DNA of 24,284 nt from Candidatus Methylomirabilia bacterium. Its GTDB lineage: Bacteria; Methylomirabilota; Methylomirabilia; Rokubacteriales; CSP1-6. The stretch lies in assembly GCA_041496385.1 (NCBI GenBank), contig JBGQEL010000059.1, positions 1 through 24,284 on the forward strand, written 5' to 3'. The notes under the pieces were generated by a model, which was not told the DNA's origin, made no database searches, and saw nothing but the letters and a program-made list of their open reading frames with translations. Positions 6,680 through 14,939 of the stretch are shown in pieces; the first letter of the stretch is position 1, and every line of letters begins with the position of its first letter. A program made the translations under genes and the position numbers.

Positions 6680-7976
6680 GGCTCACACCTCTGAAAAAGC
6701 GCGCCGGGTCGGCCAGCAGCTCGGCCACCGCGAGCGCGCGCTCGGATCCGTCCGCGAGGTCGATCGCCAGCAGCCGGTCGGCGCCGGTCTTCGGGCTCCC
6801 GACGACGAGCACCTGGCGCACGCGCTGGACGCGCGCGTAGGCGAGCGACTCCTCGAGCCCGCGGCTGGCGATGTCGCGCGCGACCGAGGCGCCAAGGTCG
6901 CGCAGCCGCCGCGCCAGCGAGAGCGCCGCGGTCTTGTCCGGCGTGAAGTCGATGATGAAGAAGTCGGGCCCCGGCAGCTCGACGGCGACGCCCTGCGTCT
7001 CCATCACGGACAGCACGCGCGCAACGTCGAAGGCGAAGCCGACGGCGGCGCAGTCGTAGCCGAAGCGCGCGAGCATCTGGTCGTACCGGCCGCCGCCCGC
7101 CACCGAGGCGCCGAAGCCCGACACGTACGCCTCGAAGTAGGTCCCCGAGTAGTAGTCGAAGCCGCGCACCTCGCCAAGGTCGAGCGTGACCGCGTCGGCG
7201 AGCCCGTAGATCTTGAGGAGTCGGTAGACCTCCGCGAGGTTCGCCACCGCCTTCGCCGAGCGCTTGTTGTGGGCGATCCCCGCGGCGCGCTCGAGCACCG
7301 CCTCGCCGCCGAAGAGCCCGGGGAGCGCGGCCAGCGCCTCGCCGAGCGCCGGCGGCGGGGCCAGCCGGCGGACCAGCTCCGCCAGAGTCGAGGCGTCCTT
7401 GCGCCCGAGCGCGGCGCGCAGCTCGCGCACGCGCGCGGGCTCCGCGCCCAGCTCGTCGCAGAGCCCGCGGAAGAAGTCGGGGTGGCCGAGCACGAGCTGG
7501 AAGCGCTCGAGGCCGAGCGCTCGGAGCCCCTCGATCGCCATCGCGATGACCTCGACCTCCGCCTCCGGCTTCTCGAGCCCGATCAGCTCCGCGCCCGCCT
7601 GGTAGAACTCGCGGTAGTGCGCCACCTGCGGCTCGTCGTAGCGAAAGACGTTCGTCACGTACGCGAGCCGGATGGGCTTGGGCTCGTCGCGCAGGCGCGT
7701 CGCGACGATGCGCGCGATCTGCGGCGTGATGTCGGCGCGGAGCGCCAGCATGCGGCCCGTCTCGCGGTCCACCAGCTTGAACATGTTCTCCTGGACGTCG
7801 GCGTCGGTGCCGGTCGCCAGCACGTCGGCGTACTCGAACGTCGAGGTGACGACCTCGCGGTAGCCCCAGCGGGTGAGGACGCCGAGCAGGCGCGCCTCGA
7901 CGTGCCGCTTGCGCGCCGCCTCGTCGGGCAGGTAGACGCGCGCGCCCTTCGGGAGCTGCGAGGGGCGCGGCCTCAC
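6672..7976 (-). CDS. hisZ: ATP phosphoribosyltransferase regulatory subunit (HisRS-like)
   Basis: LPKGAR, LRADITPQIAR, REFYQAGAELIG, DYYSG and GGGRYD. Classic position upstream of purA. GTG start in a GTGA overlap. Confidence 0.85.
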   Translation of the reverse strand: MRPRPSQLPKGARVYLPDEAARKRHVEARLLGVLTRWGYREVVTSTFEYADVLATGTDADVQENMFKLVDRETGRMLALRADITPQIARIVATRLRDEPKPIRLAYVTNVFRYDEPQVAHYREFYQAGAELIGLEKPEAEVEVIAMAIEGLRALGLERFQLVLGHPDFFRGLCDELGAEPARVRELRAALGRKDASTLAELVRRLAPPPALGEALAALPGLFGGEAVLERAAGIAHNKRSAKAVANLAEVYRLLKIYGLADAVTLDLGEVRGFDYYSGTYFEAYVSGFGASVAGGGRYDQMLARFGYDCAAVGFAFDVARVLSVMETQGVAVELPGPDFFIIDFTPDKTAALSLARRLRDLGASVARDIASRGLEESLAYARVQRVRQVLVVGSPKTGADRLLAIDLADGSERALAVAELLADPARFFRGVSHA

Positions 7977-8596
7977 GGCGCCGCCGCCTCGAGGTGCGCG
8001 AGCGTGTTCATCCGGTGGACGGTCGCCCAGCCGGGCTCGTACTCGATCTCGGTGATGCCGGCGGGCGAGGCGTCGACGGCCCGCATCCGCTCGGGCCCGA
8101 GCCCGAGGGCGTCGAGCACGATCATGCGGATGACGATCGCGTGGCTCACGAGGATGATCGTCTGGCCCTCGTGCGCGGCGCGAAGCTCCTCGACCCCCGC
8201 GCGCGCCCGCCCGGCCACGCGCGCGAGCGTCTCGCCGCCGGGGATCTCGAGCTCGTGCGGCGCCAGGCGCCACCGCTCCTCGGCCGCGGGAAAGCGCGCG
8301 GCGACCTCGTCGCGCGTGAGCCCCTCCCACTCGCCGAACGCCATCTCGCGGAACGCGGGCTCGATCGAGACCGGCAGGCGGTGGGGCTTGGCGATCACCT
8401 CGGCCGAGGCGCGGGCGCGCTCGAGCGGGCTCGCGTAGACGGCCGCGACGATCTCCGCGCCGAGCGCCCGGGCGACCGCCTCGCACTGGCGCGCGCCCTC
8501 GGGCGCGAGCGGGATGTCGCGCGTGCCGGCGAAGCGCCGCTCGCGCGACGACGCGGTCTCGCCGTGCCGTATGACGAACAGTCGGAGCTTGCTCAC
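7973..8596 (-). CDS. Histidine phosphatase superfamily protein (PGM/CobC/PspA-like)
   Basis: IRHGET, YASPLERA, FREMAFGEWEG, PGGET and LVSH. Confidence 0.9.
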   Translation of the reverse strand: MSKLRLFVIRHGETASSRERRFAGTRDIPLAPEGARQCEAVARALGAEIVAAVYASPLERARASAEVIAKPHRLPVSIEPAFREMAFGEWEGLTRDEVAARFPAAEERWRLAPHELEIPGGETLARVAGRARAGVEELRAAHEGQTIILVSHAIVIRMIVLDALGLGPERMRAVDASPAGITEIEYEPGWATVHRMNTLAHLEAAAP

Positions 8597-8605
8597 AACC
8601 CAACT

Positions 8606-8614
8606 ATTCTAGCA
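8606..8614 (-). promoter_or_regulatory. Candidate extended -10 promoter (TGCTAGAAT)
   Basis: TGn-TAGAAT ends 9 nt upstream of the GTG start. No RBS lies in between, so the transcript would be near-leaderless. Confidence 0.5.
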
Positions 8615-8630
8615 GGAGGGCTCCCGCGGT

Positions 8631-9773
8631 CTAGATCTTCTCGACGAAGATCTTCTGGGCGGCGCGGATGCTGGCGCCGAAGTCGACCGGCTGGCCGAGG
8701 TCGGCCAGGACCTGCTCGAGCGCCGCGAGCGCGATGATCACGTCGAACTCGGCGGCGTAGCCCATGTGGCCCAGGCGGAAGACCGTGCCCTTCATCTCCC
8801 CCTGCCCGCCCGCGATCGTGATGTTGTGCGCCTGCGAGTAGAGGGCGACGATCTTCTCGCTGTCCACGCCCCGGGGCGCGACGACGGCGGTCAGCGCGGG
8901 GCTCGGCGTCGCCTTGCAGAACAGCTCGAGCCCGAGCGCCTCGACACCCGCGCGCGTCGCGCGCGCGAGCCGGTCGTGGCGCTTGAAGACGTTGGCGAGC
9001 CCCTCGCCCTCGAGCATGCGGAGCACCTGCCGGAGGCCGACGATGATCGACACGGCCGGGGTGAAGTGCGCCTCGTTCCGCACGACGCACTTCCGCTCCT
9101 CCGTGAGGTTGAGGTAGTACTTCGGCAAGGTCGACGTCACACTCTTGGCCCAGGCCTTCTCGCTGAGCGCGCAGAACGCCACACCCGGCGGCAGCATGAG
9201 CCCCTTCTGCGAGCCCGCGACCACGAGATCGACACCCCAGGCGTCCATCTGGAGGTCGGCGATCCCGAGGCTCGACACCGCGTCCACGATGAGAATCGCG
9301 TCGGTGCCGCGCGTGGCCTGGGCGTAGCCGCGCACGTCGTGGAGCACGCCCGTCGAGGACTCGCTGTGCTGCGTGAGCACGGCCTTCACCCCGGGGTGCG
9401 CGCGGAGCGCGGCGCCGACGCGCTCGGCCGGCACGGTCTGGCCGAAGGGCGCCGTCAGCTCGACGACGGTGAGGCCGAACGCCCGGCAGATCTCCAGCCA
9501 GCGGTCGCCGAACTTCCCGGCGCGGACCAGCAGGACGGTGTCGCCGGCGGAGAGCGTGTTGACCACCGCCGCCTCCATCGCGCCCGTCCCCGAGCACGCG
9601 AGCGGCACCACGTCCGCCTGCGTCTGGAAGAGCTTCTTCAGCCCGGCGCGCACCTCCACGAACAGCGCCTCGTACTCGGGCGTGCGGTGGTGGATCATCG
9701 GCTGCGCCATGGCGAGGAGCACTTCGCTCGGCACCGGCGTCGGGCCCGGCGCCATCAGCTGGTACTTCTTCAT
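8631..9773 (-). CDS. Class V PLP aminotransferase (alanine/serine-glyoxylate or non-canonical phosphoserine aminotransferase type)
   Basis: AAGGAGG RBS before the ATG at 9773. MAPGPTPVP, SGTGAMEA, HSESSTG, VDAVSS, GSQKGL (PLP Lys) and FRLGHMG. Confidence 0.92.
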   Translation of the reverse strand: MKKYQLMAPGPTPVPSEVLLAMAQPMIHHRTPEYEALFVEVRAGLKKLFQTQADVVPLACSGTGAMEAAVVNTLSAGDTVLLVRAGKFGDRWLEICRAFGLTVVELTAPFGQTVPAERVGAALRAHPGVKAVLTQHSESSTGVLHDVRGYAQATRGTDAILIVDAVSSLGIADLQMDAWGVDLVVAGSQKGLMLPPGVAFCALSEKAWAKSVTSTLPKYYLNLTEERKCVVRNEAHFTPAVSIIVGLRQVLRMLEGEGLANVFKRHDRLARATRAGVEALGLELFCKATPSPALTAVVAPRGVDSEKIVALYSQAHNITIAGGQGEMKGTVFRLGHMGYAAEFDVIIALAALEQVLADLGQPVDFGASIRAAQKIFVEKI

Positions 9774-11329
9774 GCGGACGGCCTCCTTCGCAGCGTGAGA
9801 TTCTCTCCGATGGTAACACGCTCCCCGGACGCCGAGCGGCCGAGCGCGGTGACGAAGAGCGCGTCCTTGCCGTGCGCGTGCGGCGAGAAGAGCTCGACGA
9901 CGAGGCGGTCGTAGAACGTGAGCCCGCTCGCGCCGAAGCCCTGCGCGTACGCCGCGAGATAGGCGCGTCCGCCGGCGATCCCCGCCTCGAGATTCGCGAC
10001 GCGATAGCCGCGGTCGCCGCGCGCGCGCAGCAGCTCGTCGAGCGGCGCGAGGAAATAGATGACCGCCGCGGCGTCGCCGCCGAGCGGCTGCTCGAGGCAG
10101 AGGCGGGCCGACTCCCGCCTGAGCTCGCCGGCCCTCAGCAGCTCGAGCGCGTGGGCGCCGCGCCGGTAGACGTACGCGCCCGGGGCCACGTCCTCCACCG
10201 CGTTGACGATCAGGTAGAGGTCCACGAGCCCGAACGGGACGTCGGCGTCCACCGGGCGCGTCGCCGCCCACAGCGCCGTCGACAGCTCCATCGCCGAGAG
10301 TGGAGCGTGGCCGAACTGCCGCGTCGAGCCGCGCCGCTGAATGGTCTCGCCGAGCCCTGTCCCGCTGAGCGCCCGCGGCGCAGGCAGCGCGACGGCGCCC
10401 TGCGGCGCGGCGTTCCATGGGCCCTCGACGGCAACGGCTGTCGCGCCCGCGCGCCAGGCCTCGACGGCGTGGGGCGTCTCGAGCGCGGAGGCCGAGTGGA
10501 TCTCGCGCAGCAGCGGATAGTCCACCTCGGACGAGGACAGCGGCATGTACGGATGCGCGATCGCCTCCAGGGTCGCCACGGGCGGCGCGGGCGCGCCGAT
10601 CGGCCCCAGCGCCACCAGCTCGAGCGCCGCTTCGCGCTCGGGTACCAGGCCGAGGAGATGGTTCACCTCGGCGTCGACGAACCCGGTGACGAGCCGCGGC
10701 GCCAGGCCGCTGCCGCCGGCCGCGGCGAGGAGATTCGCGAGCAGCGTCCCGGAATCCCAGAACAGGTGGCGGTAGCCCCGCGCCTCGTACTTCCACGTGT
10801 TGCGCCAGTAGATGGCGGTCAGCACGATCGTCGCTGGGCGTCGCGCGAGCATCGGGTCCGCGGCGGCCTGCGCGAGCGCGGCGCGGACGTCGCCCGCGCG
10901 CAGGCGCCGCAGCGCGAAGTCGCCGGGGCAGAAGTGGTAGAGGCCGGATTCGAGGCCCTCCACCTCGCCGGCCACCACGTACGCCTCGGTCTGGTAGAGC
11001 GCCCCCGTCGAGGCCGCCGCGCGGAAGAGCACCTCGCCGCCGCCCGCGTAGGTCTTCTTCCGCGTCACGCCGGCCGAGTAATAGAGGAGCGCGGCGAGGG
11101 TGTCGAGCCCGAGGCGCGCGGCGCCGGGCGCCGCCGGCGGGCCGAGGGCCGCGAGGGTATCGAGTGCCTGCGCGTCGAACTCGCGCGGCAGGGTGATCGC
11201 GGGCAGCTCCGTGTAGACCTTGAACGGAAACGGCTTGATGTCCCAGTCGAGCGTGTGGGTGCTGGTCCGGACGGACTGGGGCGAGTGAGCGGTCCCCTCG
11301 TGGTACCGGCGGGCGCTCCCGCTATTCAA
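9770..11329 (-). CDS. SagB/ThcOx-like FMN-dependent dehydrogenase with two nitroreductase domains
   Basis: Domain 1: RAAASTGALY, GLYHF, WKYEARGYR..FWDSG..LANL. Domain 2: IQRRGSTRQF, GYRVANLEAG..GGRAYLAAYA.GFGASGLTFYD. TTG start overlaps the mtnA end. Confidence 0.85.
   Translation of the reverse strand: MNSGSARRYHEGTAHSPQSVRTSTHTLDWDIKPFPFKVYTELPAITLPREFDAQALDTLAALGPPAAPGAARLGLDTLAALLYYSAGVTRKKTYAGGGEVLFRAAASTGALYQTEAYVVAGEVEGLESGLYHFCPGDFALRRLRAGDVRAALAQAAADPMLARRPATIVLTAIYWRNTWKYEARGYRHLFWDSGTLLANLLAAAGGSGLAPRLVTGFVDAEVNHLLGLVPEREAALELVALGPIGAPAPPVATLEAIAHPYMPLSSSEVDYPLLREIHSASALETPHAVEAWRAGATAVAVEGPWNAAPQGAVALPAPRALSGTGLGETIQRRGSTRQFGHAPLSAMELSTALWAATRPVDADVPFGLVDLYLIVNAVEDVAPGAYVYRRGAHALELLRAGELRRESARLCLEQPLGGDAAAVIYFLAPLDELLRARGDRGYRVANLEAGIAGGRAYLAAYAQGFGASGLTFYDRLVVELFSPHAHGKDALFVTALGRSASGERVTIGENLTLRRRPSA
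9810..9818 (-). promoter_or_regulatory. Candidate extended -10 promoter (TGTTACCAT) for the aminotransferase
   Basis: TGn-TACCAT about 21 nt upstream of the RBS, inside the tail of the upstream CDS. Confidence 0.4.
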
Positions 11330-12353
11330 ACCGGTACGGCGGCCGAAACACGCCGCGCTCGGTGATGATCGCGGCGATGAGCGCGGCCGGCGTGACGTCG
11401 AAGGCGGGGTTGAACACGGGCGACGCGGCGGGCGCCGTCTGCCGCGCGCCGACGCCGCGCACCTCGGCCGCGTCGCGCTCCTCGATCGGGATCCCCTCGC
11501 CCGATGGGAGCGAGGGGTCGATCGTCGAGACGGGGGCGGCGACGTAGAAGGGCACGCCGTGGTGCCGGGCGAGCACGGCGAGCCCGTAGGTGCCGATCTT
11601 GTTCGCGGTATCGCCGTTGGCGGCGATGCGGTCGGCGCCGGTGATGACCAGATCCACCTCGCCGCGCGCCATGAGCGAGGCGGCGGCGACGTCGGCGATG
11701 AGGCGGTGCGGGATCCCGTCGCGAACCAGCTCCCACGCGGTGAGCCGCGAGCCCTGCATGACCGGGCGGGTCTCGTCCACCCAGACGCGCGCGACCTTCC
11801 CCTGCGCGTGGGCCGCGCGGATCACGCCGAGCGCGGTGCCGTAGCCCGCGGTGGCCAGCGCGCCCGCGTTACAGTGGGTGAGGATGCGCGCCCGCTCGGG
11901 CACCAGGGCGGCGCCGTGAGCGCCCATCGCCCGGTTCGCCGCCAGATCCTCCTCGCGGACCGCGTGCGCCTCGGCGAGCAGCCGGGCGCGGAGGTCGTCG
12001 GGCGCGAGGCCCCGCGCGTCGAGGAGCGCCCGCCGCATGCGCTCGAGGGCCCAGAAGAGATTGACCGCCGTCGGCCGCGTGGCCGCGAGTCCCTTCACCG
12101 CCGTCTCGACGTCCGCCAGCAGCCCGTCGAACGCCGTCGCCCGGCTGGCCCGGGCGGCGAGCGCCACGCCGTACGCCGCGGCCACGCCGATCGCGGGCGC
12201 CCCGCGCACCACGAGGCGCCGGATCGCGTCGGCGACGTCCTCCCAGCGATCGTAGGCGCGCTCGACTTCCTCGGCGGGCAGGAGCGTCTGGTCGAGCATC
12301 ACGAGCCGATCGCCGGCCCAGCGGACGGGGGTGATGGGCGCCGCGGCCGTCAT
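11322..12353 (-). CDS. mtnA: S-methyl-5-thioribose-1-phosphate isomerase
   Basis: LDQTLLP, VRGAPAIG, TRPTAVNL, LTHCNAGALAT, DETRP..QGSRLTAWEL, GADRI..NGDTANKIGT and NPAFDVTP. Confidence 0.96.
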   Translation of the reverse strand: MTAAAPITPVRWAGDRLVMLDQTLLPAEEVERAYDRWEDVADAIRRLVVRGAPAIGVAAAYGVALAARASRATAFDGLLADVETAVKGLAATRPTAVNLFWALERMRRALLDARGLAPDDLRARLLAEAHAVREEDLAANRAMGAHGAALVPERARILTHCNAGALATAGYGTALGVIRAAHAQGKVARVWVDETRPVMQGSRLTAWELVRDGIPHRLIADVAAASLMARGEVDLVITGADRIAANGDTANKIGTYGLAVLARHHGVPFYVAAPVSTIDPSLPSGEGIPIEERDAAEVRGVGARQTAPAASPVFNPAFDVTPAALIAAIITERGVFRPPYRFE

Positions 12354-12601
12354 GCCAGACGCGCCCGGATTTCGGCGGCGCCCAGGCCGGCGACCCGTAC
12401 GAGCTTGTCGCGGCCGCGCTCACCGCGGATCACGGCGACGGTCGAGGGTGCCACGCGCAAGGCGCGCGCGAGCAGCCGGACGACCGCGAGGTTGGCCTCG
12501 CCCTCGACGGGCGGCGCGGTGACGCGCACCCGGAGGGCGCCCTCGCGCCAGCCCACGACCGCGTCGCTCGACGCGCGCGGCTGGACGCGCACGCGCAGCA
12601 C
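12350..12601 (-). CDS. yggU: DUF167/YggU family protein
   Basis: VRVQPRAS, LRVRVTAPPVEGEAN and IRGERGRDK. Confidence 0.9.
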   Translation of the reverse strand: MLRVRVQPRASSDAVVGWREGALRVRVTAPPVEGEANLAVVRLLARALRVAPSTVAVIRGERGRDKLVRVAGLGAAEIRARLA

Positions 12602-12608
12602 CGCGCCC

Positions 12609-13085
12609 TCAGGCCTTGGGTTCGTCGCCGCCGCCCTCGCCGAATTCCGCCGACATCAGCCGGTAGTAGCGCTCGAGCGTCGAGCGGAGGTCCTCGACGA
12701 GCTGCCGCTTGGTGCGCCGGAGCTCGTTGATCTCGCTCCGGAGCTTCGCCTCCTCGCTGCGCACCTCCTCGAGGAGCTTCTCGCCGCGCAGCTCGGCCTC
12801 GCGCGTGTGCAGCTCCGCCTCGCGCCGCGCCGCCGCCTTCATCTCGTCGCCGAGCCGCTGCGTGGCCACGAGCGTGTCCTGGATCGCCTTCTCGCGCTCG
12901 GCCAGGCCCCGCGAGCGCTCCTCGATCGTCGCCAGCTGCTCCTTGAGCAGCGCGTTCTCCTTGAGCACGGTCTCGTAGTCGTCGGCGACGTCGTCGAGGA
13001 AGGCGTCCACCTCGTGGGAATCGAACCCCCGGAACATCTTCACCGTGAATTGCTGTTGCCGGATATCGAGCGGGCTGATGCGCAT
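12609..13085 (-). CDS. divIVA: DivIVA domain protein
   Basis: ISPLDIRQQQF..MFRGFD..EVDAFLD followed by coiled coil. Confidence 0.92.
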   Translation of the reverse strand: MRISPLDIRQQQFTVKMFRGFDSHEVDAFLDDVADDYETVLKENALLKEQLATIEERSRGLAEREKAIQDTLVATQRLGDEMKAAARREAELHTREAELRGEKLLEEVRSEEAKLRSEINELRRTKRQLVEDLRSTLERYYRLMSAEFGEGGGDEPKA

Positions 13086-13101
13086 CGAACCCTCCGATTC
13101 C

Positions 13102-13401
13102 CTATCTGAGGCTCAGCGCGAGGTCGCGCAGGGAGTCCACGAGGAACCATTCGGCGAACTTGATCGCCAGCAGCACCACCATCGGCGAGAGGTCGAGCCC
13201 CATCGCGAGCGTGGGCAGCCTGTAGCGGATGGGGCGGAGCACGGGCTCCGTGATGCGGTAGATGAAGCGTACGATCGGGTTGTGGGGGTCCGGGTTCACC
13301 CAGGACAGGACCGCGCGCGCGATGATGATCCAGAAGTACGCCTCGAGGACGAGACTCACCAGCCGCGCCAGCGCCAGGATCAGATTGGTCATGAGAAACA
13401 C
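13102..13401 (-). CDS. yggT: YggT/YlmG family membrane protein
   Basis: IIARAVLSWVNPDP.NPIVRF..RITEPVLRPIR and GLDLSP. Confidence 0.93.
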   Translation of the reverse strand: MFLMTNLILALARLVSLVLEAYFWIIIARAVLSWVNPDPHNPIVRFIYRITEPVLRPIRYRLPTLAMGLDLSPMVVLLAIKFAEWFLVDSLRDLALSLR

Positions 13402-13410
13402 GGTGCCGTC

Positions 13411-14238
13411 CTATCCGCCGGGTCCGCGCCCCAGCTCACGCGACCGCTGCGTGGCGCGCTCCACGGCCTTGATGAACGTGTTCCGGATACCACCCTCTTC
13501 GAGGGCGGCGACGCCCGCGATCGAGGTGCCGCCGGGCGAGCTGACCATGTCCTTGAGCGCGCCCGGATGGAGCCCCGTCTCGAGGAGCAGCTTCGCGGCG
13601 CCGAGCACGGTCTGGGTCGCGAGGGTCATCGCCGTGAGCCGGTCGAGCCCCATCTTCACGCCGCCGTCGGCGAGGGCTTCGACGACGATGGCCACGTAGG
13701 CCGGGCCGGAGCCCGAGAGCCCCGTCACCGCGTCCATCAGGTCCTCCGCGAGCACCACGACGCGGCCGACGGCGCTGAAGATCTCGCCGGCGATGTCGAG
13801 GTCGCCCGCCTCGAGCCCCTCGGCCTTGGCGATCGCCGTCACGCCCTCGAGCACGAGGGCGGGCGTGTTGGGCATGACGCGGATCAGGCGCGCGTCCTTG
13901 CCGAGGCCGGCGCGGAGCTTCGCGGTGGAGACCCCCGCGGCGATCGAGATCAGCAGCTTCTTGCGCGTGACGGCGGGCGCGATCGTCCGGAGCACCTCGT
14001 CCATGATCTGGGGCTTCACCGCGAGGATCACGACGTCGGCGTGGCGGACCAGCTCGACGTTGTCGGAGCCGACCTGGATGCCGTACTGCCGGTCCAGCTC
14101 CTTCAGGCGCTCGAGGCGCACGTCGGTCGCGTGGATCGCCTCGGGCGGCACGAGGTTCGCCGCGAGCAGCCCCTTGATGAGCGCCTCGCCCATGTTGCCG
14201 CCGCCGACGAACCCGACCTTCTTGCCCTTGATCGTCAT
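13411..14238 (-). CDS. proC: Pyrroline-5-carboxylate reductase
   Basis: ATG at 14238 (ATGA overlap). GFVGGGNMG, LAVKPQ, RVMPNTP, TGLSGSGPAY and VSSPGGTS. Confidence 0.97.
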   Translation of the reverse strand: MTIKGKKVGFVGGGNMGEALIKGLLAANLVPPEAIHATDVRLERLKELDRQYGIQVGSDNVELVRHADVVILAVKPQIMDEVLRTIAPAVTRKKLLISIAAGVSTAKLRAGLGKDARLIRVMPNTPALVLEGVTAIAKAEGLEAGDLDIAGEIFSAVGRVVVLAEDLMDAVTGLSGSGPAYVAIVVEALADGGVKMGLDRLTAMTLATQTVLGAAKLLLETGLHPGALKDMVSSPGGTSIAGVAALEEGGIRNTFIKAVERATQRSRELGRGPGG

Positions 14239-14921
14239 CGCTTCCCCGGCTCCTGGTGCGCCCGCGGCCCGAACACGGCCGTCCCGACGCGGACCATCGT
14301 CGCGCCCTCCTCGATCGCCACCTCGAAGTCCCCGCTCATCCCCATCGACAGCTCGCCGAGGCCGTGACGCGCGCCGAGCTTGGCGAGCGCGCGGAACCAC
14401 GGCCGCGCCTCCTCGGGGTCCGGCGCCTCGGGCGGGATCGCCATGAGGCCGCGCACCCGGACGTGGGGCAGCCCCTTCACCGCGTCGAGCAACGCCTCCA
14501 GTGCGTCGAGCGTCACGCCGCCCTTCTGCGTCTCGGCCGCGACGTTCACCTGCACGAGCGCGTCCACCGGCCGCCCCCGGGCTCCCGCGCGACGGTCGAG
14601 CTCGCGCCCCAGCTCGATCCGGTCGAGCGAGTGGATCACGTCGAACAGCTCCACGGCCTCCCTCGCCTTGTTCGTCTGGAGCTGGCCGATGAGGTGCCAG
14701 GGGACGGGCCGCCCCAGCTCGGCGATCTTGCCGCGCGCCTCCTGCACCCGGTTCTCGCCGAGCGCCGGGACACCGGCCGCGATCGCCTGGCGGACGCGCT
14801 CGGCCTCCACCGTCTTCGACACCGCGATCAGAAGCACGTCGGCCGCGCGCCGCCCCGCGCGCTCGGCCGCGCGCGCGACACGCTCCCGCGTGCGCTCGAG
14901 GTTCGCCTTGATATCCAGCAT
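14235..14921 (-). CDS. yggS: PLP homeostasis protein YggS
   Basis: IAVSKT, GENRVQE, WHLIGQLQTNK, LSMGMSGDF and MVRVGTAVFG. Confidence 0.97.
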   Translation of the reverse strand: MLDIKANLERTRERVARAAERAGRRAADVLLIAVSKTVEAERVRQAIAAGVPALGENRVQEARGKIAELGRPVPWHLIGQLQTNKAREAVELFDVIHSLDRIELGRELDRRAGARGRPVDALVQVNVAAETQKGGVTLDALEALLDAVKGLPHVRVRGLMAIPPEAPDPEEARPWFRALAKLGARHGLGELSMGMSGDFEVAIEEGATMVRVGTAVFGPRAHQEPGKR

Positions 14922-14933
14922 GGTCGCACGGCG

Positions 14934-14939
14934 ATTTTA
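14934..14939 (-). promoter_or_regulatory. Candidate -10 box (TAAAAT) for yggS
   Basis: TAAAAT includes the TAA stop of pgeF and ends 12 nt before the yggS ATG. No RBS is evident. Confidence 0.4.

Noticed and set aside
8609..8634. CTAGCAGG...CTAG resembling the IS terminus at 121-139
   Set aside because: Only 8 nt match. It is better explained as an extended -10 element plus the aminotransferase stop.
8631..10796. Apparent long N-terminal extensions or fusions in the ORF track (721-aa aminotransferase, 643-aa HisZ, 626-aa FtsA, 489-aa MurB, 425-aa FtsZ, 453/433-aa SBPs)
   Set aside because: Extensions overlap upstream genes in another frame and are low-complexity. Better starts with an RBS or stop/start overlap exist downstream.
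9770..11329. RiPP (azole-containing peptide) biosynthetic cluster
   Set aside because: No cyclodehydratase, precursor, protease or exporter nearby.
12350..14921. DivIVA with yggS-proC-yggT-yggU and no sepF as a novelty
   Set aside because: This arrangement is already known from deltaproteobacteria-like lineages.
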